DNA of 38,179 nucleotides from Chlamydiales bacterium (GTDB lineage Bacteria; Chlamydiota; Chlamydiia; Chlamydiales; JAAKFR01): NCBI GenBank assembly GCA_046153495.1, contig JBJXGG010000016.1, positions 1 to 38,179 of the forward strand, read 5' to 3'. Shown piece by piece: positions 31,271 to 38,179 of this stretch (position 1 is its first letter; each line of letters starts with the position of its first letter). The notes under the pieces were generated by a model. It saw only the letters and a program-made list of their open reading frames with translations, ran no database searches and was not told where the DNA came from. The position numbers and the translations under genes were made by a program.

Positions 31271-31484
31271 GTTGCCATACCTCGCAAGGTCACATTCTAC
31301 TATCAAGTGTAAAGATATCAAGAATAAATCGCAATAAAAATTTAGCACTCGATCAAATAGAGTGCTGATTTTAACGTAATCCTCTTACAAGTAGGAGTTT
31401 TAAAATTTTATTTGCATATATCATAGAGAGAGGATATACAGTGTTTTTCCGGGAAAATTGGCTCTGAATTTGGGAGAATGATGC

Positions 31485-32801
31485 ATGGCTAGCGAGAGGC
31501 GAAAGACCTTTGTATTAGACACAAATACTCTTCTCCATGATCCTGACGCTCTCAAGGCATTTGGAAACAATGATGTAGTTGTTCCTTTGGCGGTTTTGGA
31601 AGAGCTGGGCCAGATGAAGCGGTATCGAGATGAACTCGCTAAAAATGCACGGCAATGTCTCCGTTATTTTGATGCTTTGAAGGCAATAGGGGAGGGGGAT
31701 CTCCACCAGGGAGTGATATTGCCGGGAGGAACACGGATTCGGATTCAGTTGGAGATTAAAACAAACTATAACCCGAATTTTGTGCTCTCTTTGAATAGTA
31801 GTACCTATCGGATTTTGATGGCGGCCTATTTCTTGTATGAGAAAGGGGAACATGTCGTTTTTGTGTCGAAAGATTTGGCGACGCGGGTGAAAGCAGAGGC
31901 GATGGGGCTTGGGGCCGAGGATTATGAGAATAAGAAGTTCTCCTTTGAAGGTCTCTATCAGGGATACCGAAGGATCAGTATGCCAAAGCATGATATCGAT
32001 ACTTTCTACAAGGATGGTCGAGTAGCAGCCCCTGAGCAAAATTTTCTTCCTAATGAATATTGCTTGATGTCTTCGCCAGAAAATACATCTGCGGTGGCAA
32101 AGTACGATTCCGTCTCAAAAGATTTGGTCTCTTTGATCAAATTTCCGAGCAATATTTGGGGCATTACTCCGATGAATATGGAGCAGAAGTGCGCCATGGA
32201 TTTATTGCTAAGAGATGAAGTGAAACTGGTAACTCTCATGGGGCCAGCAGGAACGGGAAAAACTTTGCTCGCTTTGGCGGCAGGTTTGCGCAAAGTGTTC
32301 GATGAAGGGTTTTACAATCGTATTTTGGTCAGTCGGCCGATTGTTCCTTTGGGAAAAGATATCGGCTACCTCCCAGGTCTCAAGGAGGAAAAATTGATCC
32401 ATTGGATGCAACCTATCTACGACAATCTAGAGTTTCTTTGTGATTCGATTGGGAATGAACCGAATGAAACGCTGCGCTGGGTAACAGAGAGTAAGAAGTT
32501 AGAAATGGAGGCTGTGACGTACATCCGAGGACGCTCTTTGCCAAAAATGTACATGATTATTGACGAAGCGCAAAATCTCACAGCGCATGAGATCAAAACA
32601 ATCATTTCTAGAGCAGGGCAAAAGACCAAAGTGGTGATTACCGGAGATCCAACACAGATCGATAACCCTTATCTGGACATAAATTCGAACGGTCTTACAT
32701 ACTTGGTCGCTCGATTTAAAGAACATAAAATATTTGGCCATGTCTTTATGGAAAAAACAGAGCGTTCAGAACTCGCTGCTATAGCTGCGGAGATATTATG
32801 A
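31485..32801 (+). CDS. PIN domain-PhoH fusion ATPase (PhoH2/YlaK type)
   Basis: N-terminal PIN (FVLDTNTLLHDPDAL, VVVPLAVLEEL). PhoH NTPase motifs GPAGTGKT, IIDEAQNLT and GDPTQID. GGGAGA SD is present. Confidence 0.9.
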   Translation: MASERRKTFVLDTNTLLHDPDALKAFGNNDVVVPLAVLEELGQMKRYRDELAKNARQCLRYFDALKAIGEGDLHQGVILPGGTRIRIQLEIKTNYNPNFVLSLNSSTYRILMAAYFLYEKGEHVVFVSKDLATRVKAEAMGLGAEDYENKKFSFEGLYQGYRRISMPKHDIDTFYKDGRVAAPEQNFLPNEYCLMSSPENTSAVAKYDSVSKDLVSLIKFPSNIWGITPMNMEQKCAMDLLLRDEVKLVTLMGPAGTGKTLLALAAGLRKVFDEGFYNRILVSRPIVPLGKDIGYLPGLKEEKLIHWMQPIYDNLEFLCDSIGNEPNETLRWVTESKKLEMEAVTYIRGRSLPKMYMIIDEAQNLTAHEIKTIISRAGQKTKVVITGDPTQIDNPYLDINSNGLTYLVARFKEHKIFGHVFMEKTERSELAAIAAEIL

Positions 32802-33595
32802 AAAAATTGGGAGCAATACTTATTTGTCTCTTTTTTGTGACATTAGTGGTGACGCGCATCTACCTTCCACTCAAAATAAAAGGAGAGAGCCTTGTACAAG
32901 AGAGACCGCAAGTTCCAGGCGCTCTCGTCGAATATCAGGACCCATGGGCTCTTTTGCCCATCAAGCGGGATGATCCACAAGCACAAAAACATTTGAGCGC
33001 TCTTCTCTCGTCACCTTGGCTCGTGAAGCAACCGGGAGTAGAGGTGATCACCAAAGAGATGCTCCAAGATTGGATAGATTTCACCACATTTACTGCACAG
33101 GTAGGAGCGGAAAATCATTTCTCTCAAGAAGAGATCACTTACTATGTCTTCGATACTCTAAATGACATGAAAGCAGAAATTCCATTCTATCTACCGAAAA
33201 ACTACTACAGTGTGCTCTGTATCCCAGACCAGCCGGAAAAACCCTTTCATATCTACCGCAGGCTGTTTTTGGATAATTCAGCTCTCGGTGTCCCCTTTTA
33301 TCTCGATATCTGCTGCTTTGAGATGGAAAGCGAAGAAGATGTCCTTACCTGGTTACGCGAACAGCTTGATGAAGAGGCTCTATTCGAAAAAAGAGAGTGT
33401 GCACAAGGGGTGAGCTACATTGGACGAGGAGAGAAAAGGTTAGATCTCACGACGCACGGTTTTGCCCGTGCCCAAGGGGAGCGGGGCCTTTTTTTTCACA
33501 TGATAAAAAGAGAGGGAAAGATCTTTGTCGCTTGTGCCGAAGGGCCATGGGAAACCTTTTCTAAGCATCTCTCTCTTTTTCAGGCGTTCTACTAA
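32798..33595 (+). CDS. hypothetical membrane-anchored protein
   Basis: ATGA overlap with the phoH2 stop. N-terminal anchor LGAILICLFFVTLVVT. I recognised no family. Confidence 0.6.
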   Translation: MKKLGAILICLFFVTLVVTRIYLPLKIKGESLVQERPQVPGALVEYQDPWALLPIKRDDPQAQKHLSALLSSPWLVKQPGVEVITKEMLQDWIDFTTFTAQVGAENHFSQEEITYYVFDTLNDMKAEIPFYLPKNYYSVLCIPDQPEKPFHIYRRLFLDNSALGVPFYLDICCFEMESEEDVLTWLREQLDEEALFEKRECAQGVSYIGRGEKRLDLTTHGFARAQGERGLFFHMIKREGKIFVACAEGPWETFSKHLSLFQAFY

Positions 33596-33953
33596 ATGTG
33601 TCTTGCCTGCGGCACTGTTCGTCAGACAAATACCGAGCTATCGTCACGCCTAAGAAGTTGCAAGGTCTTTCCGGGGCAGGTAATCTCGCCCGAACTATGG
33701 AAAACCTAATCTCGCGCAAGGATGATATCTTTGCGAGAGTAGATGAAATATCAGTGGCTCGATCAGCGAGTCTTCGCTCTACTTCAGACGATCCTAGAGC
33801 AATCACATCTGTGTCAGAACAACAACCAATCACCTCTATAAAGAGAGACTCTACTCTATCATACACATCTCTTGTTCCATCTAGTATCACAGGTTGTACA
33901 GCGTTATATAACTCTCCTTGCGTATGAGTAGCTGTACCAATTGGAGGAGTCAC
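33561..33953 (-). CDS. hypothetical protein (weakly supported ORF)
   Basis: GTG start 10 nt downstream of the SDR stop, with AAGGGG 6 nt upstream. No recognisable motifs. It overlaps the convergent gene's 3' end by 35 nt, and a 109-aa ORF (33598-33927) mirrors it on the other strand. Confidence 0.3.
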   Translation of the reverse strand: MTPPIGTATHTQGELYNAVQPVILDGTRDVYDRVESLFIEVIGCCSDTDVIALGSSEVERRLADRATDISSTLAKISSLREIRFSIVRARLPAPERPCNFLGVTIARYLSDEQCRRQDTFSRTPEKERDA

Positions 33954-33963
33954 AACAATCCCC

Positions 33964-34818
33964 TTATTGTAGCGTTCGGTAGAATTGTTTCATGAGCTCT
34001 CGCATCCTGTTGCCAGAAAGTTCCTGTAATTTCAATCCGAGGCGTTTTTTTACGCTGAGCGATGTTTGATAACGCATATCGGGATTTTCTTGCTCGGCAA
34101 TATAAACAACCAAATCTGAGATCTCCTTACATGCCTGTCCATTCTCTGCTAATGCTACAAGTTTTGTCAAGAGATTATCCGCCACTTTTTTATAAAGAGG
34201 ATCGAGAGAGCCAAATGTTTGACAGCGCATCGCCCAATCATTTTTCATTGTTCCAGGTTCTACGAGTGTGACACGAATATTCCAAGGGGAGAGGGTAATA
34301 GCGAGTGACTCACTCCAACCCTCGAGAGCAAATTTGGAAGCGGCATAGTGGCCTAATCCAGGCACAGCTCGCACACCTGAAGTACTACTTATATTTATGA
34401 TATGACCATGATTTTGTGCTCTCATGTGAGGGGCTACTGCATTCACCACACGAAGGGGACCGAAAAAGTTCACATCGAACAATTTTTTGACTTCGTCGAG
34501 AGGAACACACTCATCAGCCCCAATGATGCCATAGCTTACGTTGTTCACAACGCAATCGAGATGGCCATCCTCTTCAATGATGTGCGCTACCCCTCTTTGA
34601 ATCATCTCTTCGTTTTCCATTTCCATTGGAATATAGCGGATTTTCTCCTCATAAATCATCGGGACAATCGTGTTTTCACGACATCCTATCCACACCTTCC
34701 ATCCTTTTTCATGAAAGCTTTGAACCATGGCAGAACCGATACTGCCTGTCCCTCCCGTGATGAGCACATTTTGTGCATGAAGAGAGCAAGAAAGTAATAG
34801 AAGAAAAAGAAAACGCAT
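33964..34818 (-). CDS. short-chain dehydrogenase/reductase (classical SDR) with signal-peptide-like N-terminus
   Basis: TGGTGSIGSA (TGxxxGxG), NNVS (NNAG-type), SSTSG...YAASKFAL (S-YxxxK). The first 16 residues, MRFLFLLLLSCSLHAQ, look like a signal or anchor sequence. Confidence 0.85.
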   Translation of the reverse strand: MRFLFLLLLSCSLHAQNVLITGGTGSIGSAMVQSFHEKGWKVWIGCRENTIVPMIYEEKIRYIPMEMENEEMIQRGVAHIIEEDGHLDCVVNNVSYGIIGADECVPLDEVKKLFDVNFFGPLRVVNAVAPHMRAQNHGHIINISSTSGVRAVPGLGHYAASKFALEGWSESLAITLSPWNIRVTLVEPGTMKNDWAMRCQTFGSLDPLYKKVADNLLTKLVALAENGQACKEISDLVVYIAEQENPDMRYQTSLSVKKRLGLKLQELSGNRMRELMKQFYRTLQ

Positions 34819-34891
34819 AACAGAATCCCAAAACAGTCGACTATACCATACATAAGAGTATTAATCTCAATTTAATCGACTATAACCAAAA

Positions 34892-35527
34892 TTATTTCGA
34901 GCAGCAGGGACGCTTTACCTCTAAAAGGTCATATGTTTTTTCGCGGAGCTCGTGGCTATATACTCGAAGCGCATCCAGTGTCGCAAACGAGGTATTTTTT
35001 TCCGAAAGTAGAGAGTCGATCTTCGCAAGGGGTAGCAAAACATCTTTTAGCAACTCTCTCTGTTTTTGTAGGTTCTTACGTAATTCCTCTAACTCATTCT
35101 GTAAATAAAATCTTTCTAGAGTTCCTGCAATCAAACTTGCTATTTGGTTGCTTAATAGGAGAGTATTTTCTAGGTAGATTCCTTCGGAAAAGGAGCCAAA
35201 AAAAAGAAGGCCGAAGACCTTTTTGCTAAAAAGAAGAGGGGAAAGCATTCCCTCTTTTAATCCAGGATGAATCTCTTGCGCATTTTTCTTCTCAAGAATG
35301 ACAGGAACTCTACTTTGCAGATAGGGAAGTAAAGCGGCTGGGGAAAACTCCCCATAGATCGAAAGGGATGTGTTGACAAAAACCACGCCACAACAATCGA
35401 AATCGAGCAGAAACTTTAAAGAAGAGGAGAGATGAAGGGGAAAATCTTCCTCTTTCGAGCATTGGAGAAGCGAGAGTGACATGTCAGAAAGCGAAAAAAA
35501 ATGTGAGATAGATGATTGATTTCTCAT
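34892..35527 (-). CDS. GAF-like domain protein ending in a coiled coil and a histidine-kinase H-box-like stub (no ATPase domain)
   Basis: The GAF-like end FGLLFFGSFSEGIYLENTLLLSNQIASLIAGTLERFYL is followed by a coiled coil (QNELEELRKNLQKQRELL) and FATLDALRVYSHELREKTYDLL. The protein stops 19 aa after that His. The gene starts 3 nt after the AhpD-like gene's stop. Confidence 0.6.
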   Translation of the reverse strand: MRNQSSISHFFSLSDMSLSLLQCSKEEDFPLHLSSSLKFLLDFDCCGVVFVNTSLSIYGEFSPAALLPYLQSRVPVILEKKNAQEIHPGLKEGMLSPLLFSKKVFGLLFFGSFSEGIYLENTLLLSNQIASLIAGTLERFYLQNELEELRKNLQKQRELLKDVLLPLAKIDSLLSEKNTSFATLDALRVYSHELREKTYDLLEVKRPCCSK

Positions 35528-35530
35528 ATT

Positions 35531-36082
35531 TCAACCTCGAACAACCTCTAAAAACTCCGCATCAACAGGGATCTGTAAGATATCTATAGTTGAGTTATGG
35601 TAGTTGATTAAGGATATGACAGAAATCAACTCCTGCAGCTCTTTGGGGGTTATACCTAATTGTTCTAGTTTCGCTAAATCATCCGGATTTATTACAACCG
35701 GAAGCTTTCCTAATCGCAATACAATTTTGATGATTTCTCTTGTTCGGATGGGTTGTAGATCTTCAATATTATGTAGCAGTGCATGAATGATATGCTCGCC
35801 TAGGCCCATTATTTTGCAAAATGCCAGATGTGCTGTGGTGCAATACTCACAACCATTTGCTTTAGAAAGAGTGATATAAATTAATTCTTTCAATGTTCTA
35901 GGAAGTACTCCCCGGAGAAAGATCGTATTCATCATTTCCCAATTGAGGTGCAAAATATCAGGCCTTACTGCTAAGGCTTTAAAGAAATTGGGTACAAAAT
36001 CTATCTGAAGCCCTGTTTTGATCTTATCATAGATCTCCCGGACAAGGTCGGAGGCATGCTCCTCTTCTATCAACGTTTGCAT
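35531..36082 (-). CDS. carboxymuconolactone decarboxylase family protein (AhpD-like, CxxCxxxH)
   Basis: GCEYCTTAH matches the AhpD-family core motif CxxCxxxH. ATG at 36082 (MQTLIEEEH...) with AGGAG 9 nt upstream. The maximal ORF reaches the ATG at 36172. Confidence 0.8.
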   Translation of the reverse strand: MQTLIEEEHASDLVREIYDKIKTGLQIDFVPNFFKALAVRPDILHLNWEMMNTIFLRGVLPRTLKELIYITLSKANGCEYCTTAHLAFCKIMGLGEHIIHALLHNIEDLQPIRTREIIKIVLRLGKLPVVINPDDLAKLEQLGITPKELQELISVISLINYHNSTIDILQIPVDAEFLEVVRG

Positions 36083-36170
36083 GTTTACATACTCCTGTGA
36101 TGTAGCAGATTCAACTAAAAAGTTACGAAATCTGACGGATCTTTTGATCCAAAAGTTTGCACTCGATCTC

Positions 36171-36190
36171 ATTAACTTTTAAAAGTTAAT
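36171..36190. promoter_or_regulatory. perfect 20-bp palindrome (candidate operator) in a divergent promoter region
   Basis: ATTAACTTTTAAAAGTTAAT is its own reverse complement. It lies ~90 nt upstream of the preferred AhpD-like start and ~165 nt upstream of the ABC-F start. Confidence 0.3.
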
Positions 36191-36353
36191 GTCAATTTCC
36201 GTGCTTCTTTTTGTGTCAAAATCTCTCATTAGATTTGATGCCTTTTCTGTTGAATTTGTAATAATCGCAGGATATATAGAAGATTTTATTTTTTAAATCT
36301 TAATGGTGAGAAAAGTTGGATTTTTTCTCTCCATCCCTCCACAATAGTGGGTT

Positions 36354-38063
36354 ATGACGCTCTTGTTCAGCTGCCAATCGCTTTCTAAATCTTTTGGAAC
36401 ACGTTCTCTTTTTCGAAATGTCTCGATGAGTATGCATTCTCACGAGCAGTTGGGGTTGATTGGTTGCAACGGTTCGGGGAAATCGACGCTTCTCAAGATT
36501 CTAGCCGGTTTGGAGGAGGCCGACTCGGGAGAGTTCACACCTAGAAAAGGGTTGAAAGTGGGCTATCTTCCGCAATCTTGTGATTTTTCTGATCAATCTT
36601 TATTGGAGATTTTGGGCGGGGATCGGTTAGCGGAGAGTTGGTTGAGTAAAATGGGATTCACGGATAAAAATCAGAGCGCAGCTACTCTTTCAGGAGGGTG
36701 GAAAAAGCGTCTTGCGCTTGCTAAAGTGATGATCGGGGAGCCTGATGTTATACTGTTGGATGAGCCGACCAACCATCTCGATTTGGAGGGAGTGGTTTGG
36801 TTGGAGAATTTTTTAAAAAGAGGAGCACCTGCTTATTTAGTTGTGAGTCACGATCGCTATTTTTTACAAAATACGGTCGGGCGAGTGATAGAGATGGACC
36901 CAGTTTATCCTGATGGAATTTTCACGACTGAGGGAAGCTACGCCCATTTTTTGGAGAAAAAAGAGGAGTTTTTACAAGGGCAACTTAAGCAGGAAAGGAG
37001 TCTAGCTGGTAAAGCGCGTAGAGAACTCGATTGGGTGCGTGCAGGCGTTAAAGCGCGAACCACGAAGTCACGCTCCCGCCTTGAAGAGGCAGAGGAGCTC
37101 TTTGCCAAACATGCCGATGTCAAAAGACGTAATACAAAGACGCGAGCAAAGATCGATTTTGTAGCCAGTGAGCGAGAGAGTCGTAAACTCCTTGTGGCAA
37201 AAAATATTGCTAAAAAGTTGGGAGAGCGTCAACTTTTTGAGAAGCTCGATTTCACCCTCTCTCCTGGGACTCGGATGGGGTTGATGGGGCAAAACGGCTC
37301 GGGGAAGACGACGCTGCTACGCTTGATCGCAGATGAGTTAGAGCCAGACCAAGGGACGATGAAAAGGGCTGACAACCTCAAGACGATCTACTTTGATCAA
37401 CATCGTTCGCAACTTCCCCTCGATATCACGCTGCGCGAAGCCCTCTCTCCGCAGGGAGACTACATCATTTTCCGGGGGCACCCGATACACGTCAACGGCT
37501 GGTGCAAACGGTTTCTCTTTTCACCCGATCTTCTCGACATGCAGATAGGGAGGCTCTCAGGGGGTGAGCGTGCTCGCATCTCGATTGCGCATCTGATGTT
37601 GCAGCCAGCAGACCTTTTGCTCTTAGATGAGCCCACAAATGACCTCGATATCCCCACTTTAGAAACTCTTGAAGAGAGCCTCTTAGAATTTCCCGGAGCA
37701 GTGGTGTTGATTACCCATGATCGCTGCATGTTAGATCGGATCTGTAATACACTTCTCTCTATCGAGCAATGCCTCTTTTATGCCGATTTTGCCCAGTGGC
37801 AACAATCGCAGGTAATAGAGATCAAAAGGGAAAGTAAGCCGAAATCTCGTCAGCAGAAAAAGGCGGTACTCTCTTATATGGAGAAGAAAGAGTACGAAGA
37901 GATTGAAGGGAAAATAGGCAAGTTGGAAGAGAAGATGCAGCAGCTCCACGCATTGCTTGATCTGGGAGAGAATCTGCAAGAGAGTTGTGCAGAAATTGCG
38001 CTTGTAGAAAACCAAATTGAACAGCTCTATTTGCGATGGGATGAGCTCGATCAAAAACAATAG
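36354..38063 (+). CDS. ABC-F family ATPase (two ABC domains, no TM domain, C-terminal coiled coil; Uup-like)
   Basis: GCNGSGKST / LSGGWKKRL / LLDEPTNHLD and GQNGSGKTT / LSGGERARI / LLDEPTNDLD. A charged inter-domain linker and a C-terminal coiled coil are present. Confidence 0.9.
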   Translation: MTLLFSCQSLSKSFGTRSLFRNVSMSMHSHEQLGLIGCNGSGKSTLLKILAGLEEADSGEFTPRKGLKVGYLPQSCDFSDQSLLEILGGDRLAESWLSKMGFTDKNQSAATLSGGWKKRLALAKVMIGEPDVILLDEPTNHLDLEGVVWLENFLKRGAPAYLVVSHDRYFLQNTVGRVIEMDPVYPDGIFTTEGSYAHFLEKKEEFLQGQLKQERSLAGKARRELDWVRAGVKARTTKSRSRLEEAEELFAKHADVKRRNTKTRAKIDFVASERESRKLLVAKNIAKKLGERQLFEKLDFTLSPGTRMGLMGQNGSGKTTLLRLIADELEPDQGTMKRADNLKTIYFDQHRSQLPLDITLREALSPQGDYIIFRGHPIHVNGWCKRFLFSPDLLDMQIGRLSGGERARISIAHLMLQPADLLLLDEPTNDLDIPTLETLEESLLEFPGAVVLITHDRCMLDRICNTLLSIEQCLFYADFAQWQQSQVIEIKRESKPKSRQQKKAVLSYMEKKEYEEIEGKIGKLEEKMQQLHALLDLGENLQESCAEIALVENQIEQLYLRWDELDQKQ

Positions 38064-38153
38064 AAGAAACAAAAGGGTTATTGCCTAACTCCTAAGGCGA
38101 GTCCCTCGCCTGCTCGTGCAGTCAACGTTTTTTCTGTTTTTCGTGGCTCTACT

Positions 38154-38179
38154 AACCTGAGTTTTGGGTTGTTCTTCCT
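38154..38179 (+). repeat. family A interspersed repeat unit, 5' part (cut by the window end)
   Basis: AACCTGAGTTTTGGGTTGTTCTTCCT matches 28920-28945 at 25/26 positions. It lies 91 nt downstream of the ABC-F stop. Confidence 0.8.

Noticed and set aside
33596-33963. Possible tmRNA, RNase P RNA, SRP RNA or 6S RNA in the large convergent gap
   Set aside because: I found none of the landmarks on either strand: no GGGG...tRNA-like acceptor/T-arm ending in CCA, no GAGGAAAGTCC-type RNase P P4 motif, and no GGUCCGGAAGGAAGCAGCC-like SRP domain IV. Only a weak CCGGAAAG similarity exists.
1-38179. Search for CRISPR arrays, tRNA/rRNA genes, transposases, integrases, phage or plasmid genes, and classical toxin-antitoxin pairs
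   Set aside because: I saw no direct-repeat/spacer array, no cloverleaf-like tRNA candidates in the intergenic regions, and no ORF with DDE transposase, tyrosine/serine recombinase or phage motifs. The only mobile-looking content is the non-coding repeat families reported above.

Overview
This 38.2-kb chromosomal window reads as an environmental member of the Chlamydiota. All calls were made by eye from the sequence and the ORF track; no searches or computations were run.

Evidence for the lineage:
- Two cysteine-containing MOMP-like porins.
- A PknD-type Ser/Thr kinase.
- A double-length (tandem-fused) UvrA.
- A CdaA/YbbR c-di-AMP module.
- Inc-like bilobed membrane proteins.
- Gene-order blocks (pknD-valS, uvrA/pyk, htrB-ybbR-dacA...cydAB...SH3 protein...phoH) that match my recollection of Chlamydia trachomatis CT301-302, CT332-333 and CT010-017.

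I call about 27 protein genes, mostly housekeeping. They are aroG-type DAHP synthase, an alanine:cation symporter, valS, pknD, uvrA, pyk, rsmE, an LpxL-family acyltransferase, a GT4 glycosyltransferase, ybbR, cdaA, folP, cydAB, PIN-PhoH2, an SDR, an AhpD-like protein and an ABC-F ATPase. I saw no rRNA, tRNA, CRISPR array, transposase or integrase.

Content not explained by ordinary annotation:
1. A 524-aa membrane-anchored PP2C-fold protein whose catalytic Asp motifs look degenerate. It is the first gene of the pknD-valS operon and sits at the junction of two conserved synteny blocks. This is my best candidate for an undescribed kinase/pseudophosphatase or Inc-effector module.
2. Two families of short interspersed palindromic repeats. 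One is a 69-nt unit at four sites, twice abutting a stop codon. The other is a 120-nt hairpin element with 30-bp perfect arms plus a half copy.
3. A 166-bp element with 45-bp near-perfect inverted repeats between uvrA and pyk.
4. A 112-bp imperfect palindrome spanning both stop codons of a convergent gene pair.
5. A GAF plus H-box stub protein in an AhpD-like/SDR cluster, preceded by a perfect 20-bp palindrome.
6. A pyruvate kinase with a PEP-utilizer-like C-terminal domain whose TSH motif reads GSE.
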